From contig OZ024742.1 in the NCBI GenBank assembly GCA_964016885.1, forward strand, positions 97,898,001 through 97,962,000: DNA of 64,000 nucleotides, read 5' to 3'. The stretch is from Eledone cirrhosa (taxonomy: Eukaryota). A program made the position numbers and the translations under genes. Position 1 is the first letter of the stretch, and the number at the start of each line of letters is the position of its first letter. This document shows, piece after piece, positions 1-14,479 of this stretch. The notes under the pieces were generated by a model. The model saw nothing but the letters and a program-made list of their open reading frames with translations. It made no database searches and had not been told where the DNA came from.

Positions 1-146
1 TAGTGGTGGTGGGAGTTGTCATATTGGTGTTGGTTATGCTGTTAGTGGCGGTGGTAGTAGTAGGAGTTATTGAAGAAATAGGATAGAACTAGAAAAGAAA
101 GCAATATATTCGCTGGTGAATGTATGTATACACACATAACCCAAAC

Positions 147-264
<118 letters not shown>

Positions 265-524
265 AGAGTGTGACTGAACGAAAGTAGTGATTCCATTGAT
301 TCAACTCTATATTGACAGTTATTGTCTCGTATAAATGTACACTCACAAAAACATATATACATATAAGCATACAGATATTGAGACACTCACATGCACCCCC
401 CCCCCCCCCCCACACACACACATACACACATACATAGATACACACGCACACACACATATATAAAATATATATAATATATATAATATGTAAGTACAAATTA
501 TATATACATATATATATATCTATA

Positions 525-1735
525 TATCTTCTAATATTTTCTGTCCCATAGTCTGGTAGACCGTTGGGGCACCACTGATGACCTGACAACCAGCTCTATC
601 GATTCCTCTCGCCTCTCGCCTCTCCACTCTCCTTATGGTTGCAATGTTTGCACCCATCTTCAAGCTAATCCATTGCAGGATGTTGTTCTTCCATCTATTT
701 TCTGTCTGCATTTCTTCCCCCCTCCTTGTACTGTTCCCGGCAGGGAATTCTTGGCAAGTCATGAAGATTTTGTCACGTGCTCGTAGCATGTCAATTTGCA
801 TTGTTTTACAATAATCAGTAGGTATTCGTAGGGCCCGATGCGGTCTCTGTAGGTGATGCCAAGGAACTTTCTGAAGCATTTCATCTCCATAGCCTGTATC
901 CTTCTTTCCAGATGTGCTGTTATTATCGAAGACTCACAGGCGTTCAAGAATATGGACATGGCCAGAAAGCTCATCATTGTGATCTTCGAGCTGAGGAGTA
1001 TTTTTTCTTTTTGTCATTCCAGGTGATCCCGGTTTTATAAGTGCTGGGCAGATCTGGCATTATTTCGGGTTTAGCTCTTTCAACTAAAATGATTGTCTTC
1101 AGGTATTTGAAACTGTTGACGCAAACTAGTTTCTCGCCGTTGATCCTGATGTCAGTGCTGATGTCGTTGGGTTTTTTTCGTCATCATTTTGGTCTTTTCT
1201 GCACTAATCTGCATGCTGTAGGCAGTATATGCCTTATCAAGATATTCCACTAGCTCATCTTCTTTCCCTGTTAGATCATATATGTCGTCGACAAAACGCA
1301 AGTTCATAACCGTCCTGTCCCTTCATGTTCTTCAAATGCGTCTTTCATAATTATCTCTAAGATGTTGAAGAGAGTTGGACAGAGTAAACAACTTTGTCTT
1401 ACTCCAAGTGTGGTTCTGAACCCGTCCCCAACGTTGCTGTTTAAGTAAACTGATATGGCGGTTTTGTCAAATAGGCTCCATATCACTCTGACCACTTTCC
1501 CATTTTGTCGCCAGACCCTGACGAACACCTTCTTGATGTTCACGGAGACATGATAGAGGCACATGTTACAACACTTGAACGAATTTCTCTTCATGTCTCT
1601 CGATTTCCTTATACGCACTCCCTTTCTCTAGACATTTTAAGAACTCTTTTACGACAGAACGTAAGGAGAGTAACCGCTTAGAGTGGCCGGACTGAGGAAT
1701 TTTCACGTGTTTCCGGTCAAGTGCATTAAGCTTCC
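525..1735 (-). mobile_element. Degenerate 5'-truncated RTE-clade LINE (RT and C-terminal part of ORF2, 3' UTR)
   Basis: ORF fragments 1304-1618 (TTLGVRQSCLLCPTLFNI, RT domain), 759-977 (LERRIQAMEMKCFRKFLGITYRDRI) and 520-879 match the typical RTE C-terminus. Many frameshifts; boundaries approximate. Confidence 0.8.
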
Positions 1736-1753
1736 ACACCCCCTCCCCCGTCA

Positions 1754-1833
<80 letters not shown>

Positions 1834-1986
1834 CATCGGGAACTAGCTGTGAAACGGCAAGAGCTCAGCCATTGCAGTACTGTCTCTATCATATTACAGT
1901 ACTTCATTACCCCAAATATCGAGTAATTTGGTGAGTAATTGTCTAAACAGGTTTTTACTGCATCCATATTGATTTATATATATATA

Positions 1987-2037
<51 letters not shown>

Positions 2038-2081
2038 ATGTATGTATGTACATATATATGTATGTATATATATATGTATAT

Positions 2082-2196
2082 GTTTTCAAGTCGCTGGCTG
2101 GATTAAAAAGTCACACTCGTTCAGCGCATCGGTAGGGGTTCTCCTACATGGATATAAAGTAGTGGCCGTACTCGAAAACGAGTTGGCAGCCACCAT
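2082..2196 (+). mobile_element. 3' end of an RTE-like LINE, short copy (same family as 4060-4203)
   Basis: Near-identical to 4090-4203 (caagtcgctggctgga..aaaaagtcacactcgttcagcgcatcggtagggg...ttggcagccaccatat). Confidence 0.7.
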
Positions 2197-2244
2197 ATGT
2201 ACATATGTATAGTTATAAATGAATATATATATATATATATATAT

Positions 2245-2505
2245 ATAATTAGAAAGTGAACAACACAAAATATAACTATTCCATTACCAAAGGTTTCTGG
2301 ATCCCAGACAATAATAATATACGTCTGGATCGGTCGTCATACAGACATATTATGGATAAAAAATATGAAATAAGATTTTTTTATCCATTTTTTATCCATA
2401 TAATCTCTGTCTGACGTCCGATCCAAACGTATACTATTATTGACTGGGGTCCCGAAACCTTTGGTAATGGAGTAGCTATATTTTGTGTTGTTCACTTTCT
2501 AATTA
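2245..2505. repeat. Fold-back inverted repeat between (AT)n tracts with a degenerate hammerhead-like motif
   Basis: taattagaaagtgaacaacacaaaatata... (2246 onward) is the reverse complement of ...tatattttgtgttgttcactttctaatta (to 2505); arms ~115 bp with scattered mismatches. Right arm has CTGACGT (2411)...GAAACCTTTGGTA (2454-2466) but no convincing stem I. Confidence 0.85.
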
Positions 2506-2627
2506 AATAGTTCTGTTCTATACGTACAGCACTCTTTTTTACATTGCTTTTCCTTGGGAATTACCTAACATATATATATATATATATATTTATCCTTATC
2601 GAACCCTCTTTGGATTTTAGTCTTCAC

Positions 2628-2766
2628 ACGGCCCTTGCCATTCTGAGTTCAAATCCCGCCGTGGTTAACTTTGCCTTTCATCCTTACGGGGTCGATAAAA
2701 TAAAGAACCAGTAATGCACTGGATAATTGCTGGCCTTATGCCAAAAAGCAGAAACAATTATTATTG
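2628..2766 (+). mobile_element. tRNA-derived SINE, 5'-truncated (major family in this window; Meta-like central domain)
   Basis: B-box gagttcaaatcc, central gttaactttgcctttcatccttacggggtcgataaaataaag, (att)n tail; many further copies in the window. Confidence 0.85.
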
Positions 2767-2806
<40 letters not shown>

Positions 2807-2840
2807 GCATACATATATACATGTATATATATATATATAA

Positions 2841-2944
<104 letters not shown>

Positions 2945-3053
2945 TTATATATATATATACATGTATATATGTATGCATGTATAAGTATATATATATATAT
3001 ATATAGGTATGAATATATATATATACGTATATGTATAAATATATATGTAGGCT

Positions 3054-3154
<101 letters not shown>

Positions 3155-3553
3155 GCACATATACACATGTACATATGTAACATTGTACTTAAGTGTATGC
3201 ATATATTTTGATATATATGAATGTGGATGTTGGTTTATCCGCATACATTTAAATATATATGTATATAAGTATGCACAGTCTGGGTAATCGTATAAGCTAC
3301 TCACAAATGCTTACGAAATATATAATCCTTATAAAGTCCTGTAGCTAACGCACACACGCATATATAAATACTTAGGTACATAAAAACTTATATACCTACA
3401 TACTCATGTTAGAATATACGCAGGCTAAAAATGTTCATGCTCAATTACTCATGCACTTACTTCCACATCAACACACACACACACACGCATATATATATAT
3501 ATATATATAAATATTTATGTGTTTATGTGTATGTATGCATATATATATGTATA

Positions 3554-3595
<42 letters not shown>

Positions 3596-4059
3596 GTCAG
3601 GTCACCAGTTGGTGCTACTGGTAACATGTATCCCAGTACAACCTGTCTCATGGTCGGGTCGTTGGTGACTAAACTGGCAACCCCACCAAGGTTTCTTGAT
3701 GAGGAGGGTGACTTTGGACATCCTGCAGGACTAAAACCAAAACCTGTCAAAGGGCAAAAGGGCTCTTAAGAGTCAATGGCCATCCAAAATCACCGGGAGA
3801 GATGACCCCTTAGCCTTTGTCAAGGCAGAATTCTAAGAGAAGGAAAACTCTGATATAACACCTGCAACCCTGATGGTATCCAATGATGTTGACTTGTTCT
3901 TCTTTTTGGTAAATATCATCTTGCTTAAGAGAGTGAGACTGGCTTTGTGCAGTGCCTTTGCTCACTATAAAAAGCTTCACGGTACAGGCATTGCTTCATA
4001 TCCGGAGATCTCTCTGCAGTTGTTGTCACATGGTACCATGGGCCCAGCACTGTGTCAAT

Positions 4060-4200
4060 AATTGTCACAAGTGTAGTGTTTGTACCAGAGTTTCCAAGTC
4101 GCTGGCTGGACTAAAAAGTCACACTCGTTCAGCGCATCGGTAGGGGTTCTCCTACATGGATATAAAGTAGTGGCCATACTTGAAAACTAGTTGGCAGCCA

Positions 4201-4203
<3 letters not shown>
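4060..4203 (+). mobile_element. 3' end of RTE-like LINE with terminal C2H2 zinc finger, ending in (AT)n
   Basis: ORF 3952-4143 ends [22 protein letters not shown] (Cx2Cx12Hx4H), then a short UTR and (AT)n. Confidence 0.65.
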
Positions 4204-4285
<82 letters not shown>

Positions 4286-4328
4286 CATGTATGTGCGTCT
4301 GACACACATAAATGTATATTCTTTCTCA

Positions 4329-4382
<54 letters not shown>

Positions 4383-4383
<1 letters not shown>

Positions 4384-4828
4384 ATAAATATTTCGTATCT
4401 CCAAAGAAATACGATTTTAGGAAGCCCTAGCTATGCAAACACCGGGGAGCTAACGCCCTATGGTGATGTCCAGCAGAAGCAAGGGGACAACCGCCTATCT
4501 ATGCATTTCATGCTTAACTTGACGCGAAATCCTAATTCTTTTTTATTATAAGTTCAGCCAACTTATGCAGCTTCATATGCAAATAACATTAATCACCTCA
4601 TTTACACAGACGAGAAAACTATATATTCTCGCCTGTCTTCTAGTCCAGCAGTCGCAACGGTGGGAGGGACCGTACTGACGAAGGCCAGTTAAGCCTGAAA
4701 TGCATTGACGGTTGTCCCCCTTGCTTCTGCTGGACATCACCAGAGGGCAATAGCCCCCCCCCCCCCCGGTGTTTGCATAGCTACGGCTTCATAAAATCGT
4801 ATTTCTTTGGAGATACGAAATATTTATA
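4383..4828. repeat. Fold-back element between (AT)n tracts (arms ~4383-4520 and ~4688-4828)
   Basis: tataaatatttcgtatctccaaagaaatacgatttt... pairs with ...aaaatcgtatttctttggagatacgaaatatttata. A diverged single arm occurs at ~46895-47080. Confidence 0.9.
4669..4712 (+). ncRNA. Minimal type I hammerhead ribozyme motif
   Basis: accgta CTGACGA aggc-cagttaa-gcct GAAA tgca TT gacggt: stem I accgt/acggt, 4-bp stem II, palindromic stem III ATGCAT. Confidence 0.7.
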
Positions 4829-4857
4829 TATATATTGCTTGAAGCGAAATCCTATTT

Positions 4858-4929
<72 letters not shown>

Positions 4930-5192
4930 ATATATATATATACATATCGTTTCATGCATATACGACTAGGTGTATGTGCGTGTTTATATACATACAAACA
5001 AATATAGAAATTTAAGGACATAGATGCACGTTACATCCCTCTGCACATACACGCTCTGAATAGACCCCATATACAAATTCACCAGAGGACTCCTGTGTAC
5101 ATATATGTACAAACATGCACGAAAGACATATACTAAATGTCATATACTCTGAAAACCACACACACGCATATCATAGCATACACCACTCACAC

Positions 5193-5274
<82 letters not shown>

Positions 5275-5590
5275 ATAATAATAAATTTGAAGACTAAAAT
5301 CCAAAGAGGGCTCGATAAGGATAAATATATATCAAATATATAAGAACCGTAGAGCAAATATTTATTAAAATAACAGATTAAATTTTAAGCAAAGAATCGC
5401 TGCTTTCACCCTTAACGGGATCTTCTGAAACTAGCAAAGTCAATCTGTGAACGCAGAAGTGAATATTTCAAAAACCGTTGCAACCGGAGGAAGACAGGAA
5501 GACGATACTTTGGTTCGTGGTAACGTTCCCTGGCAAAGAACGAATATAATACGTCTTTATTTGTAACGTTATTTTAATATATATATATAT

Positions 5591-6894
5591 TCTAGTTTTC
5601 TTAACTATTGAGCGCTTGCCAGCATTTCTACGATTTTGCGTTTCGTTTAGCTTTTTCTACCAGCCAAAATACAATTCTCGCTGAATTATATTTGTATTAA
5701 TCTCCCTAGTCTTACAATTAACCTGTTAATAATTCTATTGACAGATTAATTGCATAAGCTTATGTTAAAAAAATACCTGGTTGAGTGCTTATTCGATTTG
5801 TGCTATCTATGCAATTTTTTGTATGATATACACATACTGAATTCATTTGCCAAATTATGGGGAAATTTCCCCTTGTGACTAACGCATGTGCGTTTACAAA
5901 GTTCTGCGTCACTCGCAAAGTTGGTTACAGAGCAAAATTACCTGTTGATAACGTGATATTCCGTGTTCGATCTTTATGCTGAAAGCTTATAGTTTTAAGC
6001 AGACAATTTTATTGATTTAGGTGTCATAGAAACCCTGCATTTGGATTTTACCACCAATTCCAATTGGGTCCAGGTCTGTTTTTATCATTTATTTTGTTTG
6101 ACCTGTTTAGCTTGATTTGATTTTTGGCTTAGGCGGTTAATGCCTCTTAACCACTTTTTCAGTTTGTATGGCGTTTTAACATATTGTTTAGCTCTAGTTT
6201 TCTTAACTATTGAGCGCCTGCTAGCATTTCTACGATTTTGCGTTTCGTTTCGCTTTTTCTACCAGCTGAAATACGATTCTCGCTGAATTATATTTGTATT
6301 AATCTCCCGAGTCTTACAATTAACCTGTTAATAATTCTATTGACAGATTAAATTGCATAAGTTTATTTTGAAAACTACCTGGTTGAGTGCTTATTCGATT
6401 TGTGCTATCTATCGAATTTTTTGTATGATATACACATACTGAATTCATTTGCCAATATATGGGGGAATTTCACCTTGTGACTTACGCATGTGCGTTTACA
6501 AAGTTCTGCGTCACTTGCAAAGTTGGTTACAGAGCAAAATTATCTGTTGATAACGTGATATTCCTTGTTCGATCTTTATGCTGAAAGCTTATTGCTTTAA
6601 GCAGACATTACTATTGATTTAGGTGTCATAGAAACCCTGCATTTGGATTTTACCACCAATTCCAATTGGGTCCAGGTCTGTTTTTATCATTTATTTTGTT
6701 TAATCTGTATAGCTTGGTTTGTTTTTTGGCTTAGGTGGTTAATGCCTTCTTAACCACTTTTTCAGTTTGTATGGCGTTTTACCATATTGTTTAGCTCTAG
6801 TTTCTTAACTATTGAGCGCTTGACAGCATTTCTACGATTTTGAGTTTCGTTTCGCTTTTTCTACCAGCCGAAATACGATTCTCGCTGAATTATA
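5591..6894. repeat. Partial tandem array, ~602-bp unit x 2.2, bounded by (AT)n on both sides
   Basis: tctagtttt(c)ttaactattgagcgc recurs at 5591, 6193 and 6796; the third unit stops at ctcgctgaattata and runs into (AT)n. Confidence 0.95.
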
Positions 6895-6896
6895 TA

Positions 6897-7687
<791 letters not shown>

Positions 7688-7695
7688 ATATACAC

Positions 7696-7742
<47 letters not shown>

Positions 7743-7831
7743 GTAGGTCCCGGGTTGAGTCGAGGATAACCACAGTAAGTAAGGTACTCAATACATGGCA
7801 GAGTAAAATTTTTTTTATTTTATAGAAGGAG

Positions 7832-7878
7832 CTTCTACAGGACTAGTACTGTTTCATTCAGATGAAATCTTCAGGAAG
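7832..7878 (-). ncRNA. Type I hammerhead motif with intact core, in a palindrome (~7805-7945) centred at 7873-7874
   Basis: Minus strand: cttc CTGAAGA tttcatctgaat GAAACAG tactagtc CTGTA gaag. Confidence 0.8.
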
Positions 7879-7939
7879 ATTTCATCTGAATGAAACAGTA
7901 CTAGTCCTGTAGAAGCTCCTTCTATAAAATAAAAAAAAA

Positions 7940-7971
<32 letters not shown>

Positions 7972-7979
7972 TATACATT

Positions 7980-8014
<35 letters not shown>

Positions 8015-8252
8015 TTTTCCTTGCTTGTAACTTTTTTTCCTTGTATTTTTTTCCCTGAATTTTTTTGCTTGTGCTTTTCGCTTATACATCTTACACTCTC
8101 AACCAGTGCTGCCTGTAATTGTGTTCTTTCAAGCAAAACATCTTTTTAACTCCTGACTCTCCACATGATTCTTTTGATACTAAAACAATTATGTACCCTA
8201 AATGAATGTTCTAAATGACGATGATTTTAGTTACATGTTTCAACATTCCCTA

Positions 8253-8299
8253 TGCTCCGATGAATCCAGACTTCCCACTGGATGAAACAATTGTCAGCA
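8253..8299 (+). ncRNA. Minimal type I hammerhead motif (U4C variant) followed directly by AATAAA
   Basis: tgct CCGATGA atccag-acttccca-ctggat GAAAC AATT GTC agca; palindromic stem III ACAATTGT; AATAAA at 8300-8305. Confidence 0.75.
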
Positions 8300-8350
8300 A
8301 ATAAATGTTCTAAACTAAAATTTGATCGTTATAACACTTTGTATATAACA

Positions 8351-8424
<74 letters not shown>

Positions 8425-8506
8425 TTATTCCGGGTTGAATCGTAGGTAACCACAGTAAGTAAGGTACTCAATACATAGCAGAGTATAAAAGTTTTAATAT
8501 AGAAGA

Positions 8507-8555
8507 GTTTCTACAGGACAAGAACTGTTTCATTCGTGAGAAATCATCAGGGAGC
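8507..8555 (-). ncRNA. Type I hammerhead motif in a hairpin (arms 8495-8547 and 8558-8610)
   Basis: Minus strand: gctcc CTGATGA tttctcacgaat GAAACAG ttcttgtc CTGTA gaaac; core intact, stem I weakened. Confidence 0.65.
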
Positions 8556-8601
8556 GCATGATTTCTCACGAATGAAACAGTTCCAGTCCAGTAGAAGATC
8601 T

Positions 8602-8656
<55 letters not shown>

Positions 8657-9240
8657 TATATATATACATAAATAATTATATATATTTGTATGTATATATA
8701 TATGTGTGTGTGTGTGTGCGCGTGTGTGTATAAATATGTGTGTGTGTATGTGTATATGTGTGTGTGTATATACACATGTGCATACATACATACATACATA
8801 CATACACACATATATATATATATGCATGTTTTTTCATGTATAAATATGTATTTGCGTGTGTCTGTTTTTTTTGTGTGTGTGTGCACATACATTCTTATAC
8901 AATGCTATTGGTGTGCACTTATTATTTAGAAAATTGTGTTTGCGTTTATAGTAAAATGATCGATATTCAATAAAATTGGTTTATTTTCCCATATAATTAC
9001 TTTAGTGCTCATACGTAAATATACATACACACAAGCATATTTACATATATGCATACAAAGAGACGCTTACATAGAAGCCTATTTACATGCTGTTTTACAT
9101 ATATACATATATATGCAAATATATATACACACGCATACATTAATCCATATTTGTTCCGAGTTAATTCACATATGTCTAAATGCATTCGTGTTAATATATA
9201 TATATGTGTGTGTGCGTGAATGTGTGTGTTTGCGTGTATT

Positions 9241-9315
<75 letters not shown>

Positions 9316-9450
9316 TTGATTGTTTGTTTGTTTGTATGTGCGTGCATGTTTTTTGTTGTGTGTGGGCCTTTGTACACAAACATAAGCATGCATTTATATT
9401 AGCATATCTGTTCATGTATATATCTATATATATGTATGCAAGAGCATGTA

Positions 9451-9503
<53 letters not shown>

Positions 9504-10769
9504 TCGTTGCATCTTACATATACATATAGTTAAGCTGTTGGCTTGCAGCACAAATTGCTATAATCTTGTTTACTCTGAGTCTAAGAATTACTTAACCTCA
9601 ATATTACAGGTTGCCAATGTCTTTTACACACTTTTTACACACATACTGTCTTCTTAATTTTCTTCCCCACCTTCTTCGTTATTTTCCTCAATATAATCTT
9701 TCTTCCTTCCTTCGTAGTTTTTTACCTTTTTTTCTTCATTTCCTTTACTATTTATCGATATGTTTCCATTGTTCTCTTACCTCTTTCATAGAAGCCTATT
9801 CTAGCAATGTTTGTCTTCCTTCTTAATACTATTTGTATTCCCTTTCTTCACATTGCTTGCGTTCATTTTCGTTTTATGTTGTTTTTGTTTGTGTGTGTGG
9901 TCTTTTTATAATTCAACTCCCTTCTTTTTATCTGTTATTATTTCAGTCATTCTCTATTTTCCCTCCAACCAACGAATAGAACAACTAGTGATTCATGGCT
10001 AGCTTCCTTGTTAAAATCGTGGTTGGCCTTGTGTTCTTTGACAACATTTTCCATTTTGCCATATCCTTTATCCTCACAATTAACTTGCTTACATTTACTT
10101 CGGCCTTCATCGATCTTACCCATGTCTTTCTCGATCATCCTTCCTCATATACCCTGCTTTCATATTTAGGTCCATCAATTCTCTCATTCAATCAATTTTG
10201 TCATTTCTCAGCACGACCAACCCATTCCACCCTATTTCTCTTCACAACAGTCATCATTGTCTCAAGCACTGGCTTCTGCAATTTATTGATTTTTCAGAAT
10301 CGTCGGTCTAATAAGTCTTACAAAACATCTTATGGATCTTCCCCCCTAGCCCAATAGCAAGATCTAGTGACAAACGGAGGCGATATGTCTGATGTCAATA
10401 AAGGTCATAAGCCCAGGAATGTGGAATCTTCATGAATGTGAAATCTTCATTGCTAAAATGATCAAGGCCATTCCCTGCACAACAGTCTATAAATCAGAGT
10501 TACCCTCTTAAAAAAACATAGCTTTTATGCTATGGGGCACCTCACTCCCTCTAAACTTAGCTTGTGTCAGACACCTACCTAGAATGTCTCAGTTCCCTTG
10601 CCATTTCTAAATACTCGGCTACTATACATGGTGTTCGTCCGTTCTTTTTATAGGTATACTTTTTCTCCTGTTCGCCTTCTAACAATTCTCCCTATCCGTT
10701 GAACGTCACAGATGTGTAGGTTTAGTTGCCAATGACCTGATTATATGAAACATCCCTTTACAAATTCTG

Positions 10770-10915
10770 CCAATTTACTGTCCCATGGACTGGTACTTTC
10801 TTTATTGCTTCTGAATGGCCCAATGGTAAATTTGGACTCATGAGAAATTGAACACAAAGTCCAGAGGCTAACGGTTCTGCCAATTGACCAGTTAAACTAT
10901 TGTTTAAGTTTGTTA
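10770..10915 (+). pseudogene. Possible highly decayed LTR-retrotransposon integrase fragment
   Basis: Translation GTxFIASEW...SPEANGSAN*PVKLLFK resembles the DNGxxFxSxEF...PQxNGxAERxVKTLK integrase core; stops and a frameshift present. Confidence 0.3.
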
Positions 10916-11194
10916 CGAAAGTGATAGTAAACAAATGATAATCTGCTTGTCGTGATGACAACTGTTCTATTGTGATTCCTTAGCATTTAGCTAGATGTTG
11001 GTTATCATATAATCTAGATAGGTGGTTGTTGTTTTTGTTTTTGCCGCTGCTGTTTTTGCGGTTGTTGGTGCAGCTTATACCTGCTAATGTTTAACCAGCC
11101 TGCTATGAGTTTACATCTTATCTTCGATGTTTTAATTATTCGGATCCTCAAGTCTATCATGCAACTACTCTCCTCGTCATAGGAGGCAGGATTT

Positions 11195-11500
11195 AAACAA
11201 ATCGTGGGCAACCTGTGGTCCGTGGGCTGTATGCGGCCGGCGAAGCTTTCTGAATGGCTCGCGCAAGTTATCTAAGTGAAATCTTTCTGATTTGTTTTAC
11301 CCCAACATTTCAGTCGTAATTTATCTTTCTATCATTTTTACGATCGAAGAAAACAACGTGTACGAATTCTGAAGAAACAAATCAAGACAACCTGAGTTAC
11401 CGCCCTTTTTTAATATAGGCATGAATGTAATTTAGCACTTGCGGCCCGCCTGAAGATGACCCATATCTCATGCGGCCCGCTTCTCGAAAAAGTTTGTCCA
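11195..11500. mobile_element. hAT (Charlie-like) non-autonomous DNA transposon remnant
   Basis: gtgggcaacctgtggtccgtgggctgtatgcggcc at the left; repeated gcggcccgc and aaaaagtttgtcca at the right. Typical subterminal motifs, but TIRs eroded. Confidence 0.55.
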
Positions 11501-11789
11501 TTTAAACCGATAATGCACAGAGCCGGAATCGATGCCGCAAGGCATTTCGTTCGACTCTCTGACAATTCCGCTCAACTACCTGCCATATCTGAATCTTTAT
11601 GTACTGAAAACCAAAGTTCTCATTAGAGAGATTTCAACTCAGAGCGCAGAGAGTTGGAACAGATACTCCAAGGCATTTAATCTGAAGTCTCTAAATTTCG
11701 GCCATTTCGCCCGCCGTCTGCATATGGTTATTGTATGAGGAAAAATTGAAGGCGCTTGGTTAGTGATTAGGATCTTGGACATGCGATCA

Positions 11790-12065
11790 TTTGATTGTAT
11801 TTCATTCGTGGCGGTGCGCTTTTCGATGAGCAAGACATTTTATTTCAGATTGCTCCTGTCCACTCAGCTGGCAAATATGAATACTATCTGTAATTCAAAG
11901 TGAGACGCTTGTCATACACTTTATCACGGTGAACCACTCGGACAACTAAGTGAGCATGTGTTTATGAGATGTTTAGCCGGCCTGTACGTTAATTACACGA
12001 GAAGTCAGTTCCGTCTTTCGAACACCTATACAATTCGAAACCGACAGGGCTCCAGCACCATCCAC
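11790..12065 (+). mobile_element. Second SINE family, diverged
   Basis: ttgctcctgtccactcagctggcaaa central motif; a related inverted copy lies at ~52450-52685. Confidence 0.5.
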
Positions 12066-12645
12066 GCACGATGAGAAAACAATATATCAATTTGTTTATT
12101 CTGCTTTTTCTGATTTATTCATTATTTCAGTTTCTTTATAAATCAAGCTTGTAAATAAAATTAAACTTTGGAAAGAATAATTTATTCTAATTAAAAAAAT
12201 TAATCTGTTTTTATTTTTGTTTTAATTAAAGAAATATATCTTTTAAATATATTATTTATTAAATTCTTTCTTTTCTTTCTCCAGAAGTCATTTGTCTAAA
12301 TGTGCTAATTATATTTTATAAGAATTAAGAATGATGTTTCAGCTATAGGTAGATAATATCTTTTTAATTACTCAAATATAGTAGTTAGTGTATTTCTAAA
12401 ATGTTATTCAATTACGATTCACTTTTAAAAGTATTTCAAATAATATTCTATTGGGTGTATGTACTTTAATTTTAAAGTATGTTCTATTGCGTAGCCGTGA
12501 ATTGACATAACATCGCATAAAATGCTTATCCTTATTTTCTTCGGCTCTCTGTGTACTGTGTTAAAATCCAACTGAAGTCACCTACATCTTTCTGTCTTTC
12601 GATTTCGATAATTAATCAACCAGTCCAGTTCTGGTAAATTATTCA

Positions 12646-12699
<54 letters not shown>

Positions 12700-13711
12700 C
12701 CCTTCTCTCTCTCTCTTCAGAGAAAATCAACTATATTCAGAACTAGAGAGTAATTTAGTCCACTGGGTTTAAATACCCAAACCATGTTATATGTCCTGAC
12801 GGTGCCCCTACGGCACAATAAGACGTTGGCCACTCATAAATAAATGGACATTTTACTGTGTGTTTATGATCAGTTAAAAAGGTATTTTAGTGTATTCTAC
12901 GGAGAACTGACATGATTGTTTGAGCGTCAGATTAAACATTTGATTGCACTTTCTAAGGTTTGAGTTGAAATAGGGATGAGGCCAACTTCGAGTTCAAAAT
13001 ATAAATACGTGTCCATGAGCGGTGGATTGGCAGGATTGTTAAAGAATATATTCAGAGTTCAAATTCGGCCTTTCTCCCAATAGTTGCAAAGGGAAGATAG
13101 TATCAGCAATGAAAGGACCAAGTGAAAAAAAGTGTTCTGACTGTCCTCTCCTTTGTCATTAGTGTATTCTAATTTAAAAGATATATTTCCGTCTGTGTAT
13201 TTTAATTTTAAGGATTTCGTAACTTATGTAACACATTGTCCATATGTTTGAATAATTAAAAAGAGATAATCTAGACCTTTGAAATCTTTCTCTATTATAA
13301 ATTAAGTGTTTGGAACATAACATTATAGAAGTTTTGTGATCTATTTAAATATGATAATCAAAAATGTAGAGTTTTGTATCATAAAATCAGATAGTGGGTT
13401 GAGGAAGGTTGTGAAAAGGATTGAATTACGTTTTTGTTGTTAGTATGATAATTTTAAAGATTACAACATTCTGTTTATTATTATATGGACACCAAGAAAA
13501 GTGTGATATACGAACAATTCCCCTGAACGAGCTCTGCAGATCATATGTGGTCTACAAGTGAAACCCACACGAAAACACGCCCCCCCACACACACACACGG
13601 ATACACACATACACACACACACGCACATATATATATATATATATATAAGTTAACGAGATATCGTTTAAGGTAATCCAAGTAATCCTTTACTTATATATAT
13701 ATGTGTATGTC

Positions 13712-13754
<43 letters not shown>

Positions 13755-13815
13755 GCGTGTGTGTATAAAAGTAACATACCTAAAGTAATAGAGTTCAACT
13801 CTTCTTGAAGGAATA

Positions 13816-13911
13816 TCAACTTTGCCTTTCATCCTTACGGGGTCGATAAAATAAAGTACCAGTAATGTACTGGGTATTTGCTGGCCTTGTGCCAAAAGTA
13901 GAAACAATTAT
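13816..13911 (+). mobile_element. SINE 3' half (major family)
   Basis: tcaactttgcctttcatccttacggggtcgataaaataaagtaccagtaatg...gtagaaacaatta. Confidence 0.85.
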
Positions 13912-14087
13912 GTTCTATACACAGGCACAGGCTTGGCTGCATGCATGTTTTTTCTATATCCTCAGGTTGACAATTGCCTAGTCAATAAATGTTTGTAAGG
14001 GGAATCTTCAGAGAAGCCCGTCCTGGGGAGGGTCATATTTGTGTAATATTGCCAGAATTAATAACAGAAATATAATTCATCGCCGTT

Positions 14088-14125
<38 letters not shown>

Positions 14126-14479
14126 TCATGTTCGTTGCGGAGATATGAAAAGGTTCGATAAAATATATATTAGGCTTCAGAATATTAAGTATTGGGATGC
14201 ATATTATCGACTATATCCCACAGTTTCATGAATTAAACCAGTAAAACAACGAGTGAAATTATTTACTGTACTACATATATTGAGTAGAAGTCATTTTCTT
14301 TTTTTGTTAATTTAAAATTATATATATACATCTGTCTTCAAGAAACCACTGGTAAATGAAATAATTATCTTATGTTGTTTATTACATAACTAATAAGCTC
14401 TGTAGCCTACATAGAACACTCTTTTTTCCTGTACCTTTCCGACGGAAATACTTCATTTATATATATATATATATATATA

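Noticed and set aside
5591-6894. CRISPR array or LTR pair
   Set aside because: Long contiguous units with no spacers; no TG..CA ends, primer-binding site or internal ORF.
13521-13565. CTGAACGA...GAAAC motif (similar partial motifs near 5400-5430, 46596-46625 and 51745-51780)
   Set aside because: Core has indels or substitutions and the stems are incomplete.
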